Below, piece by piece: positions 1 to 9,495 of a stretch of DNA of 39,158 nt. Source of the stretch: an uncultured bacterium. Its GTDB lineage: Bacteria; Cyanobacteriota; Vampirovibrionia; LMEP-6097. The stretch covers positions 1 through 39,158 of the forward strand of contig CAIYXB010000079.1 in assembly GCA_903930015.1 (NCBI GenBank). Direction: 5' to 3'. How positions within the stretch are numbered: position 1 is the stretch's first letter; each line of letters starts with the position of its first letter. The notes under the pieces are model-generated. The model saw only the letters and a program-made list of their open reading frames with translations. It did not search any database and had not been told where the DNA came from. Made by a program: the position numbers and the translations under genes.

Positions 1-1362
1 GTAAATAATTCATTAATTAAGTTAAAAATTCACAACATACCTGAGGCAATTACATTCAACAACTTCAATCTAAAACTTTCTGACTTTAAATTAGACAAAG
101 AACAAAAGCTTACAACGAAATTAAATTTAGATACTAAACTCTTTAATTCTAATAACTCAACACTTACTGCAAGCGGTACTCTTGGTCCAATAGATAAGGA
201 CATGAAAACACTACCTCTTAATGTTAATGAGAAAATCAAACTCAGTATTGTAGCTATTCCACCAGCTATTCTAAAAATGAATCTTGGAGAATTAGTGCAA
301 GTTACAGATGCTTACATAATACAAGAAGCTAAACTAGGTGGTGATTTCATAAACACCAGCACCGGTATAGGACGCCTTAAAATCGAAAACTTACAAATTG
401 GTCAAACAAAAGAAAAAAGTCTAATTGTTGATTCTGATTTTCCTATATCTTTCAAATTAAAAAGCAATCAAACGCCGATGCTCACGCTAAGTGCCAACAA
501 TTCAACTATAAACCTAAAAACAAAAGACAATGACTCAGGGAAATTAGTCTTCGATGCAAATATTGCAATGAACCTTAAATCAGGATTTATTAATGGAAAT
601 TCAAGCGGTAATATTACTGGAATCGACATCAAAAATATAATTAGCGCCTTAACAGACTTAGGCAATGTAATCACGGGAGATCTATATCTTGAAAACTACA
701 AAGTTAGCTTTGCTGGCTTGACTCCAGAATCTATGTTCAAGTCAGCAAAAGCAACAGCTGATGTTGAAATGAAAAACGGTAGTATTTATATACTAGAGAC
801 AATTACTAAATACAAAAATATTGCAGATCAAGTACTTAAAGGATTGGGCTCAGGCATAAAGACAGACAAAATCAGCGGTAAATTTAAAACCTTTAAAGCT
901 AACCTGAAATTAGAAAATAAAATACTTGCTGTTGAAAACATAAACATTGAAGCCTCTGAAGAACAACTAAAAATCAACGGTCGTGGAGAAGTTAGAAAAT
1001 TACAATGGTTAGTTTTTGATTTAAATCTGGATGTACCAAAATTACAACCAATACCAATCAGTGTAAGAGGTACGATAGAAGCACCTCAAGTTTATCCAAA
1101 TTTAAAGAACATAACAAAAAAACAAGGCGAGCAAATGTTAAATAGCTTCTTACAATATGGATTAGATGCCCTAAATAAAAACCAACCAAAGACTGAAGCG
1201 AATGCTACAGCTGAAACTTCAAAAAAAGGAAAAGTTGGTAAAAAACAATCTTTTGGAAATTTATTGAAAGATACTCTTAAAGAAGGATTACTAGAAACAC
1301 CTCCAGCTACACCTGCAACTCAAGCACCAGCTCCCGAGCCAGCCGCTACAACGAGCCCTTAA
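1..1362 (+). CDS. C-terminal part of a large Asn/Lys-rich envelope protein (AsmA/TamB-like guess); ORF is open to the left window edge
   Basis: Frame 1 has no stop from nt 1 to the TAA at 1360-1362, so the ATG at 202 in the ORF track is probably internal. Repetitive beta-strand-like sequence with a Pro/Ala/Thr-rich tail. Family assignment rests on general resemblance only. Confidence 0.4.
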   Translation, partial: VNNSLIKLKIHNIPEAITFNNFNLKLSDFKLDKEQKLTTKLNLDTKLFNSNNSTLTASGTLGPIDKDMKTLPLNVNEKIKLSIVAIPPAILKMNLGELVQVTDAYIIQEAKLGGDFINTSTGIGRLKIENLQIGQTKEKSLIVDSDFPISFKLKSNQTPMLTLSANNSTINLKTKDNDSGKLVFDANIAMNLKSGFINGNSSGNITGIDIKNIISALTDLGNVITGDLYLENYKVSFAGLTPESMFKSAKATADVEMKNGSIYILETITKYKNIADQVLKGLGSGIKTDKISGKFKTFKANLKLENKILAVENINIEASEEQLKINGRGEVRKLQWLVFDLNLDVPKLQPIPISVRGTIEAPQVYPNLKNITKKQGEQMLNSFLQYGLDALNKNQPKTEANATAETSKKGKVGKKQSFGNLLKDTLKEGLLETPPATPATQAPAPEPAATTSP

Positions 1363-1363
1363 A

Positions 1364-1392
1364 GTTACGATTCAATTAGAATGAATCGTAAC
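1364..1392. terminator. 11-bp perfect hairpin between convergent genes (possible bidirectional terminator)
   Basis: gttacgattca (1364-1374) pairs perfectly with tgaatcgtaac (1382-1392). It overlaps the last codons of the minus-strand sigma gene. No clear U-tract on either strand. Confidence 0.3.
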
Positions 1393-2098
1393 CTTCAGCG
1401 ATCATGAGCACTCTAAGTTTCTTAGTTGCTTCTTTAATCATGTGAGAAATTCTTGATGGCGATACATTAAGTTTTTCAGCAACTTCGTTTCCGCTGGCAT
1501 TTGTATAGTAACGAAGCTCAATAACTTTTTTTAAATTATCAGGCAATTTTGCAATAGCTTTTTTCAAACTATTTTTCATAGCGAGAAGCTCTAATCTATC
1601 TGACTCATCAACACCATTTGGATCAGCAGGATTGAACCCAGTATCTTCAGCCATCGAATCAACAGACATGATAACTTCAAATACTGCTTTTCTAGCATCA
1701 TCTAAAGTTCTTATTTCTTCACGCTCTGTACCAAGTTCTGCTTTTGACTTTGCTCCAGTTGCATCAATTGAGTCTTGATCAAGCGCTACAACGGTTTTCA
1801 CGCCATACCAACTTTGACGTGAGCGAAGCTCATCTTTCATAGCCCACTTAACTGATTGGGCAATATAACTTGAATTATATTCAACTGTTTGAGAGCTTTT
1901 TGCAACTTCTATAAGCTTATTTATAGCTATCAAACCTGTGTTGACTAGCTCATCGTAGCTTAATATTTTTCCTGTCTTACCTGAATACTCTTTTCTTGCG
2001 ATCATTTCAACAATAGGTAAAAACTGGGCAACGTCTTTGCCTTTGTTTGAGGTTTTGGAGTCAATTTTTAAAGATTTTATTTTGTCGTCTTGGCTCAT
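1376..2098 (-). CDS. sigma-70 family RNA polymerase sigma factor (group 3, FliA/WhiG-like)
   Basis: Region 2-like segment (GLIAINKLIE...YIAQSVKWAMKDELR). Region 4 HTH (LPDNLKKVIELRYY...EVAEKLNVSPSRISHMIKEATKKLR). Confidence 0.8.
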   Translation of the reverse strand: MSQDDKIKSLKIDSKTSNKGKDVAQFLPIVEMIARKEYSGKTGKILSYDELVNTGLIAINKLIEVAKSSQTVEYNSSYIAQSVKWAMKDELRSRQSWYGVKTVVALDQDSIDATGAKSKAELGTEREEIRTLDDARKAVFEVIMSVDSMAEDTGFNPADPNGVDESDRLELLAMKNSLKKAIAKLPDNLKKVIELRYYTNASGNEVAEKLNVSPSRISHMIKEATKKLRVLMIAEGYDSF

Positions 2099-2220
2099 TG
2101 GGGATTATCTAGATAAAGTAAAATTACCTCAATTTATCATATACCATTATAAAGTAAAGCTTATCCTAAATAAGCTTTAAAATTTGAATTTTTAGTAATT
2201 ATTATGCAAGAATCAGGAGA

Positions 2221-2985
2221 ATGAAAGCAATTATCTTTGCAGCTGGCATATCATCGAGATTAGGAGAACTTACAAAAGATTTACCGAAATCATGTCTTGA
2301 AATTGAACCTGGACTTGCCATGATAGAACGCATGCTTTTACTTTTAGCAAAACATGAATTTTCAGAAGTAAGAATTATAACTGGTCATGCAAAAGATGCA
2401 TTTTTACCTTTTATAGAAAAACACAAATCAAAATTTAAAATTCTTGAAACTTTATACAATGATTTATTCAAAGAAAGAAATAATATTTACACAGCTTACT
2501 TAACAAAAAATATTCTTGACGAGAGCACACTAATTATAAATTCAGATCTTGTAATTGCTGAAAAAATCATTGAACTTGCAAAAAATGAAATCCATAATAA
2601 CGCTAAAAGCTTTATGTTAATTGATGACCATAATAAAATTGACGAAGAGTCAATGAAAGTCTATGTAACAGATTCAGGCAAAATCACCAGAGTAAATAAA
2701 GCCCTTGAACTTGAAAAAAGCCTGGGTGAATACATAGGGATACTTAGAGTATCTAAAGATGATTTAAACAAGTTTTTTTCTTCAATAGATACTATTCTAG
2801 AAAACAAAGGATTCAATTTATACTACGAAGATGCAATAGATAGAATCGCCAGCGAAATAGAAGTAAAAGCCCTTAGCACTCAAGGTGCAATGTGGACTGA
2901 GATAGATACAAAAGAAGACTATCAAAAAGCTCAAGAACTTGCAGCTAAACTTAAAAAAGAAATCAACACAAAGATAGAAGCATGA
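2221..2985 (+). CDS. sugar/polyol-phosphate nucleotidyltransferase (NTP_transferase fold)
   Basis: N-terminal MKAIIFAAGISSRLG...LPK signature of nucleotidyltransferases. AGGAGA Shine-Dalgarno just upstream of the ATG. Confidence 0.7.
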   Translation: MKAIIFAAGISSRLGELTKDLPKSCLEIEPGLAMIERMLLLLAKHEFSEVRIITGHAKDAFLPFIEKHKSKFKILETLYNDLFKERNNIYTAYLTKNILDESTLIINSDLVIAEKIIELAKNEIHNNAKSFMLIDDHNKIDEESMKVYVTDSGKITRVNKALELEKSLGEYIGILRVSKDDLNKFFSSIDTILENKGFNLYYEDAIDRIASEIEVKALSTQGAMWTEIDTKEDYQKAQELAAKLKKEINTKIEA

Positions 2986-4010
2986 GATCAATAAACATAC
3001 CAACAAAAATACAAATCTCAAAAACAAGCCCAGAGCTCGCTTTAGACTTAGAAAAGTTTTTTAGTGAAAATAAAAATCAATGCTTTCTTTTTGAGTACAG
3101 TGATTTTGGTAAAAAATATTTTGATTCTTTAATAAAACCACTCTTAAGAGAAATTCGCTTTAAAGAAAGATACTCTAGACTTGGGGTGATTACAGAAAAG
3201 GAATTTGATTGGATTTTTAGTATTGGTGGAGGAAGAACTCTTGATATAAGCAAATTAACTGCCAAAAACTCAGAAGCAAAACTTGCAAGCTTACCAACAC
3301 TAATCGCACATGACGGAATTTGCTCACCAGTCGCTGTTGTTGACGGTGTTAGCCAAGGAGCACTCGTACCAACTGCTTTATTTGTAGATTTCTCAATTAT
3401 CAAAGAGTGTCCTATCGAGCAAATTTACGCTGGAATAGGAGATCTAGTTGCAAATTTATTTGCAATTGAAGATTGGCTTTTAGCTCATAAATTACGCGAT
3501 GAAGAGATTGATGACTTTGCCATAATACTTTCACGAAGAGCAGCAAGTAGTATCATCTCAAAACTAGAATTTAATTTACTAAAAGAAAAACAAGAAGCAA
3601 AAAAATTTCTTACAAGCTACAACTTTTTACATGTATATATTGAAAGCCTGGTGCTCTCTGGCATTTCAATGAGCATCGCAGGTAACTCAAGACCCTGCTC
3701 TGGAGCTGAACATCTGATCTCGCATGCGATCGATGAAATCTATGGCTCAAACACAAAAGCACTACATGGTATTCAAGTAATGATCGCAACACTCTATTTA
3801 GAAAAAATCATGGGTATTGATTTACTAAGTCGAGAAGAAATAAAAGATGATATTTCAGATCTGGAAAAAATCCTTCGCAGTTATGGTATGCCAACAAAAT
3901 TTAGTGATATTGGCATTAACAACGAAGATCTAAAAGTAATTATTGAAAAAGCTCCTTCCACACGAAAAGGTCGATTTACTGTACTAGATCTGATTAGATC
4001 TGGAGTTTGA
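2982..4010 (+). CDS. sn-glycerol-1-phosphate dehydrogenase-like enzyme (EgsA/AraM branch of the Fe/Zn alcohol dehydrogenase superfamily)
   Basis: GGGRTLDISK nucleotide-binding loop. LPTLIAHDGICSP resembles the PTxASHDGIASP motif of G1P dehydrogenases rather than the AStDaP motif of GldA. GDLVAN and GAEHLISHAID metal ligands. ATGA start/stop overlap with the upstream gene. Confidence 0.6.
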   Translation: MRSINIPTKIQISKTSPELALDLEKFFSENKNQCFLFEYSDFGKKYFDSLIKPLLREIRFKERYSRLGVITEKEFDWIFSIGGGRTLDISKLTAKNSEAKLASLPTLIAHDGICSPVAVVDGVSQGALVPTALFVDFSIIKECPIEQIYAGIGDLVANLFAIEDWLLAHKLRDEEIDDFAIILSRRAASSIISKLEFNLLKEKQEAKKFLTSYNFLHVYIESLVLSGISMSIAGNSRPCSGAEHLISHAIDEIYGSNTKALHGIQVMIATLYLEKIMGIDLLSREEIKDDISDLEKILRSYGMPTKFSDIGINNEDLKVIIEKAPSTRKGRFTVLDLIRSGV

Positions 4011-4033
4011 TTCATATTCTTAGGTAATCCCTT

Positions 4034-4055
4034 GGGGTCTGACCCCATTTTTCTT
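4034..4055 (+). terminator. weak Rho-independent terminator candidate
   Basis: ggggtctgacccc short GC hairpin followed by attttt ctt. Confidence 0.35.
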
Positions 4056-4087
4056 AACCTAGATAATTTCAAGTCCTACTACTATCC

Positions 4088-4104
4088 AGAGGACTTTTGA
4101 CCCC
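4088..4104 (+). promoter_or_regulatory. 17-mer AGAGGACTTTTGACCCC, copy 1 (contains TTGACC)
   Basis: Identical 17-mer recurs at 34565-34581. Both copies end exactly 35 nt before the ATG of a small membrane-protein gene. Confidence 0.4.
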
Positions 4105-4139
4105 CTACAAATTTTTCAAAATCTGAAAAGATACTGGAT

Positions 4140-4730
4140 ATGCTCGGATACAGTGAAGCAAATGCTATTTATTTTAGCGCAGGAAAAAAAACAGGTTTTG
4201 CCAAAATCAAGTCAGGCTTTGATACTCACGAGCAGTTAGAGCTCGGGGAAGAGCAATTTGATAGCTTAATTGAGCACGGACAATTTGCAGGACTTCCTAA
4301 GTTTAAATACATAAATATTTTTCAAAAACTCTGCAAAGAAACAAAACAATGTCATTGTGCAGAACACAAAGCCTACAATGCCTTTAAAAAGAAAATCAAA
4401 AAACTTCCTAATAAAACCCGATTCGAAGATTTTAAGAACTACATACCAAGCTTAAATGAGATCAAAACTCAAAAACCCTTTTCAGTATTTTGTGGTACCA
4501 GTTTTATCATTAGCTCCGTCATCAGCATTCTAATAATGTGTTTACCGAATTTATTTAGATACAAAAATACGGATTTTGTTTTTATGACTCTATGGCTTGG
4601 ACTGAGCATTTTAGTCTTATTCATAAGCTCATACTTAATTCAAAAAAACTATTTAGCACAACCTAATGCTCTACAGATTTTCATAGCACAAAAGGCACTA
4701 AAGGAGGTCCTTCATGGAAATAATAATTAG
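4140..4730 (+). CDS. membrane protein with a DUF1385 (YqhQ)-like AEHK...CGTSF motif; first gene of the T4SS-like operon
   Basis: CAEHKAYNAF followed about 45 aa later by FCGTSFIISS and two or more hydrophobic helices. Overlaps the next ORF by 17 nt. Confidence 0.35.
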   Translation: MLGYSEANAIYFSAGKKTGFAKIKSGFDTHEQLELGEEQFDSLIEHGQFAGLPKFKYINIFQKLCKETKQCHCAEHKAYNAFKKKIKKLPNKTRFEDFKNYIPSLNEIKTQKPFSVFCGTSFIISSVISILIMCLPNLFRYKNTDFVFMTLWLGLSILVLFISSYLIQKNYLAQPNALQIFIAQKALKEVLHGNNN

Positions 4731-5166
4731 CCAAGTTTTAAATTTTGGCATGATCACAATGTATCTAGTACTCATACTAGCGGCAATCACAATGCCAATC
4801 TGGGCATACAAAATAATCGAAACAAAATTCATCAACAAGCACGATGCTCTTAAAACAAATTTCAAGCACGGTGGGCAAGGGACACAAATCATTGCTTCAC
4901 TTGGAACTACAACAGCAGGAGTATTTTTGATACAGATTCTTCCTTTGATTTTTAGCATCATTGGTGATGTGGGAGCAGATTTTGGTATCTCAAGTATTTA
5001 TGGAGAATTCACACCTGGAGCGGTTGGTGTAAGTGATTATGCAGATAATTTTTATGCACTAACAGCACAACTTGGAGACATGCTACAAACAGTAGCCCCA
5101 ATGGCTGCTGTTGGCTTAGGAGGTTACAATTTAGTAAACAAACTTTCTAGAGGATTACCAGCGTAA
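4714..5166 (+). CDS. small three-helix membrane protein, positional candidate for a VirB2/TrbC-like pilin
   Basis: Strong AAGGAGG (4701-4707) 6 nt before the ATG. N-terminal signal-like helix plus two further hydrophobic segments. Lies immediately upstream of the VirB4-like gene. Confidence 0.3.
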   Translation: MEIIISQVLNFGMITMYLVLILAAITMPIWAYKIIETKFINKHDALKTNFKHGGQGTQIIASLGTTTAGVFLIQILPLIFSIIGDVGADFGISSIYGEFTPGAVGVSDYADNFYALTAQLGDMLQTVAPMAAVGLGGYNLVNKLSRGLPA

Positions 5167-5168
5167 AC

Positions 5169-7679
5169 ATGGTTAAGGTTTATAAACATTTTAATAAGCC
5201 ATATGAGATTTTTCTGGGGCTAAGTATTACCAAGTTGATACAAATTATAATCGTAATGGGAATCACGTTATGGATTTTTATTAGTCTTGGACTTAGCCCC
5301 CAAAGTCCTCTTTCACTCATAATCCTCATACCACTATTATTGTGTTTTGCAGTAATCATAAAATCTCAAGACGATTATTATTTAAGACTACTAACACATC
5401 CTTTTCAAGATCACCTCTATCTAATAAATAGAAAAACAAAACATTATCCAAATTTAATCGATAAGATAAATATCAAGAAAATTAGTGATTCAATAATTTA
5501 TAAAAAAGACTATAGTCTTAGTCAAATAATGCGAATCAATCATGGAATAAGCATACAAAATTTATCCAATGATGAACTAAGGGAACTACTCAATACATGG
5601 TCAGGGTTTTTAAGCCAATACAATAAAATCTCAAATTTTGAGGATTACTTTAGCAAACTCTTTGATAAAGAGCTTTTAGAGTTTTTTATTCATATAGATA
5701 AAGAAAGTCTAGAACAAAAATACTATCTCATAATCCATCAAGAAGCTTTAAATGAAGATAAATCAAAACTAGAAAAAATCTTAGTTAAAATATTACAGAA
5801 ATTAAAATTAAGCCCGAGTAACTCTTACTATACTTACAAAAAAGAATTTAATTTATTACAAGAAAAGATAGCCTACTGTCAAAATTATTTTAATAGCTTA
5901 AAGCTAAGCACTCACTTACTTAATGATAATGAGATTAAAAACCTCATTAGTAAAGAGCTTGATATTTTCACAAGCAAAGCCAAAGTCAAAGATAAAGGCA
6001 ATCATCTTGAACTAAAACAAACAAAAAATTCTTCAACCGAATATATAAAAACCTATACACTAAAACTAGCACCAGATAGTGGTGAATTAGATTTTTGGCT
6101 TAAAGAATTAGTATTAAGGATACATACTGAAGCCTTTATCTCAATTAAGCTTGAATACAGAGACCCTGATCAAGATAGAAAAAAAGCCGAATCAAAAGCA
6201 AGTATACTCTCTGAACTAAAAAAAGCCAAAAGAGCTTCGACGCAAAGTGTCATCAAGGACAATAAAGCCCTTTCTGAAACCCTAATAAACAAGCCATATT
6301 CATATAATTTAAGTATTGGTATCACAATCAAAACAAATAGTATAGAAGAACTTAAAAACTTTGATCGCATAATCCAAAGACCAATTAAAAACTGCGAGTG
6401 GAGTCCAGAAGCTCGTAAACAAATCAATTCACTTATCTCTAACTTGCCTTCATCTAAGCAAAATAAAGTCAGCTATAAGCATTATGCTGATTTAGATTTT
6501 GCAACTGCAAATTTTTGTTTTTTTGCAAGTAACTTTCCTAAAGATTCAAAATACTATATAGGTAAATCATTAAGTGATAACAACCCAATAAATCTAAATG
6601 AAGCAAACACCAAATTACATAAGACAAGATCAATAAACTTTATTGGCGACTCAGGCTCTGGAAAATCACTACTAGCAAAATCAATGCTTATCAAAAGGCT
6701 TCAAGATCCAAAAAACAAATTTATCATCATCGACAATACCCAAGATGGTTGGACTGATTTTACAGAAGCGCTTGGTGGCGTGCTGATAAACTTAAACAAA
6801 GCTTGCCCAGTAAATAATGCTTACTTTAATCCATTTTATATTGAAGAAAAACTAGAAAATCAAGAACTAAATCAAAAAATACTTTCTTTAATGAATTTTT
6901 TTAATGCACTATGCGACCAAGAAAAATTAACACTAGAAGATAAAGATTTTCTAGGCAAAAGTTTAAGGACATTTTTATTAAAAAATATCAAAGCTAGCCT
7001 AAGTGATCTATATTTATTTTGGTCAAACTGGGAAAACCGAGAACTTGCCACTAAATGGCAGAGCTTGATTGCGACATATTGCCATGTAACAAATGGAGCA
7101 TATGCCTATCTACTTGATGGCAAAGCATACTCATACAATAATCAATTACAACTGTTTCAATTCAGCACCATAAATCAAGAAAGGAGTTTTTCTGATATTT
7201 GTTTTTATCTAATCAATAATGAAATCGAAAAAAAAGCACAAAGTCAGGAAAGCAAAATCACGCTGATTATTGATGAAGCTTGGCGTTTAATGCAATCTCA
7301 AAAAGCAAGAGATTTTCTATCATATTATGCAAGAGCAGGCAGAGCAATCGAATGCGCACTCTGGACTATAAGCCAAAAGCCCAGCGATTTGACTAAAGAT
7401 ATCTACTCTTCCGCAAGTGTCAATATAAGCTTTCATTTAAAAGAAAAATCCGACCAAGAAAAACTCAAAACACTTGTCGGCTTTGAAGAACATGAACTGA
7501 AATTATTTACAAACAATCTACTTAAAGCCAGAGGAAACTGTATTATAAAAAGTAGCTACGGCACCGATTTAGTAAAAGTAATGATAAATGATGATAAGAA
7601 GATCATTTGCTCATCAGAAAAAGACTTACTTAACGCAAGAAAAGAATTTCAAAAATTAGCTACTAGGATTTATCAATAA
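5169..7679 (+). CDS. virB4: VirB4/TrbE/TraC-family type IV secretion ATPase with an N-terminal VirB3-like two-helix membrane module
   Basis: Walker A FIGDSGSGKSLLAKS, Walker B TLIIDEAWRLM, downstream ARAGRA...WTISQKPSDL. N-terminal residues about 15-75 form two TM helices, as in VirB3-VirB4 fusions. Confidence 0.75.
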   Translation: MVKVYKHFNKPYEIFLGLSITKLIQIIIVMGITLWIFISLGLSPQSPLSLIILIPLLLCFAVIIKSQDDYYLRLLTHPFQDHLYLINRKTKHYPNLIDKINIKKISDSIIYKKDYSLSQIMRINHGISIQNLSNDELRELLNTWSGFLSQYNKISNFEDYFSKLFDKELLEFFIHIDKESLEQKYYLIIHQEALNEDKSKLEKILVKILQKLKLSPSNSYYTYKKEFNLLQEKIAYCQNYFNSLKLSTHLLNDNEIKNLISKELDIFTSKAKVKDKGNHLELKQTKNSSTEYIKTYTLKLAPDSGELDFWLKELVLRIHTEAFISIKLEYRDPDQDRKKAESKASILSELKKAKRASTQSVIKDNKALSETLINKPYSYNLSIGITIKTNSIEELKNFDRIIQRPIKNCEWSPEARKQINSLISNLPSSKQNKVSYKHYADLDFATANFCFFASNFPKDSKYYIGKSLSDNNPINLNEANTKLHKTRSINFIGDSGSGKSLLAKSMLIKRLQDPKNKFIIIDNTQDGWTDFTEALGGVLINLNKACPVNNAYFNPFYIEEKLENQELNQKILSLMNFFNALCDQEKLTLEDKDFLGKSLRTFLLKNIKASLSDLYLFWSNWENRELATKWQSLIATYCHVTNGAYAYLLDGKAYSYNNQLQLFQFSTINQERSFSDICFYLINNEIEKKAQSQESKITLIIDEAWRLMQSQKARDFLSYYARAGRAIECALWTISQKPSDLTKDIYSSASVNISFHLKEKSDQEKLKTLVGFEEHELKLFTNNLLKARGNCIIKSSYGTDLVKVMINDDKKIICSSEKDLLNARKEFQKLATRIYQ

Positions 7680-8203
7680 TGAGTGTTAAAATATGGCTAA
7701 ATCAGCCTGGTATAGTAAAAAAACTACAGCTTTTGGCTTTAATAAGCCTGAGCTTGAATATTTTTTTACTCCTAAATAGAATTCCTCAATCCTGCAAAAA
7801 TAAGCCCGCCCAAGAGCTGCCAGAGCCCAAGGAGGAGCAAAAAAAGCAAACCAGTAATCTAGAGATCAAAAATTTTCTCAAAGAGTATTTAAATTACTTT
7901 TTTGGTACTGGACTTGTAGCAAGAAGTTTTATAGAAAAATATTCAGATGAAGAACTTTTTAAAAATGAGCTTGCTGATCAGCTTGATCAAAGAACACTAA
8001 AAGAGTTATCTAGTAATTTTAACATCTCAGATTTTTACATTGAAACAAAAGCCCAGGACACATATCAAATCATACTTGTTGGTATAGAGAGTTTTAATAA
8101 TAATCAATACCAAGATAGAGAAATTACTATGATCTTAGAGTTAATCTACCAAGACGATAAGTTCATAGTCCAATCTATACCTAAGTTTGAGGTGAAAGCA
8201 TGA
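7679..8203 (+). CDS. bitopic membrane protein, positional VirB8/TcpC-like candidate
   Basis: One N-terminal TM helix followed by a domain of about 120 aa with alternating beta-like segments. The ATG overlaps the upstream TAA by 1 nt. Confidence 0.3.
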   Translation: MSVKIWLNQPGIVKKLQLLALISLSLNIFLLLNRIPQSCKNKPAQELPEPKEEQKKQTSNLEIKNFLKEYLNYFFGTGLVARSFIEKYSDEELFKNELADQLDQRTLKELSSNFNISDFYIETKAQDTYQIILVGIESFNNNQYQDREITMILELIYQDDKFIVQSIPKFEVKA

Positions 8204-9495
8204 AATTTAAATTATTAATAGTATTAGTATCCCTTCTTCAAGTAATGTCAGTCAAATCCGAAGTAAGCTTTGTTGACAAGATACTTGATCAACAAACAAA
8301 TGAATATCTAGAAGACCGAGACTATTTTCAAAAAATAAATATTCACACAAAAGAATCTCCTCTTGCAAAAAGTAAAGAAGAAAAAGAACTATTTTCATTT
8401 GAGCAATGGGAAAAATTACGCGAAGATAATCTAGGCGCAATAGATCTTGGTAAAGATATCGCGTTAAATAAGATAGGTGGACTTGCAACTGGAGTAATAG
8501 ACGTAACTCATCAGGTGAAAAGAGGCGTCAAATCAGCAATTCAAGAGAGTTTTGGTGGTTATGCAGAGTACCAAAGACGAAAACAGGTTGAGGAAATCGC
8601 AAATAGTACCTTTATAAACCGAAAATTACTAGGAGATCTCTTTATAAGAAACAACAATGAAGATTTAGAAATGGGTTTTCAAAACAAAGGATTTAGTTTT
8701 ACTAGTTTTAATGAAAAAACATATAGCTATAAACTAATTAGAGAAATAGTCCAAAACGAAACCATCAAAAATCTTAGAGGGTTGATCATAAAAGTAACTA
8801 TATTTTTACTTATGTTGATGATTACAATTAAGATACTTGCTGCTCTAAAACAGGGTAACAGTGTCATTGAGACATTTACAAAGCCCTTAATAAATTTAAT
8901 ATTAGCCTTAATAGCAATTGGAGCTGGTTATAAGTTTCTAAGTTTAAATCTCAACTTAGCAAATAAACTCGCAAAAGCATTTACCATGATGCTCTATGAT
9001 TTTAAGGCTGAGTCATTAATGAATCCAGGTGAAGCTTGGACAAGTTATGCTGAAGATTATGGTTATTTCCCAACAATGGTTCTTGCAGTATTTGATATGC
9101 TATCGCAAGTGTTTATAGGATTTTTCTATATTGCAATTATTGCATTTATAGTATTTGGTATGATTTTTTATCCATTTTGGATAATATTTTCTGTCTTTCA
9201 ACCTAGTAGACTGGTTTTTATTGAATCCTACATTAATTGGATAAAAGCAAATTTGGTTTTAGTATTTAGTCCAATATTAATTATAATTTTTCGTATCATA
9301 AGCTTAGAATTGAGTAATGACTATATATTTATGAGTATTTTGGCAAAGACTCTGAGTTTTTATTCATTACCACTTTTAATGTATTTTATTTTCCTAAAAG
9401 CAAATCCCACAATTGACTTTGATTATGAGAAAATTGATTATTCAAGTCAATTAAAAGAAGAAATTAGAGACTTGCTTGCAATAAAAAATGCTTAG
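8200..9495 (+). CDS. polytopic membrane protein, VirB6/TrbL-like candidate
   Basis: Signal peptide, soluble region of about 190 aa, then five or more hydrophobic helices. ATGA overlap with the upstream gene. Confidence 0.35.
   Translation: MKFKLLIVLVSLLQVMSVKSEVSFVDKILDQQTNEYLEDRDYFQKINIHTKESPLAKSKEEKELFSFEQWEKLREDNLGAIDLGKDIALNKIGGLATGVIDVTHQVKRGVKSAIQESFGGYAEYQRRKQVEEIANSTFINRKLLGDLFIRNNNEDLEMGFQNKGFSFTSFNEKTYSYKLIREIVQNETIKNLRGLIIKVTIFLLMLMITIKILAALKQGNSVIETFTKPLINLILALIAIGAGYKFLSLNLNLANKLAKAFTMMLYDFKAESLMNPGEAWTSYAEDYGYFPTMVLAVFDMLSQVFIGFFYIAIIAFIVFGMIFYPFWIIFSVFQPSRLVFIESYINWIKANLVLVFSPILIIIFRIISLELSNDYIFMSILAKTLSFYSLPLLMYFIFLKANPTIDFDYEKIDYSSQLKEEIRDLLAIKNA

Noticed and set aside
5169-7679. 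Type II secretion / type IV pilus (PilB/GspE) or FtsK/HerA assignment for the 836-aa ATPase
   Set aside because: The DEAW Walker B, the size, the N-terminal TM helices and the surrounding small membrane-protein genes fit VirB4/TrbE better. There are no PilB-type Asp/His boxes, and no prepilin genes with G|F(T/S)L(I/L)E motifs were seen.
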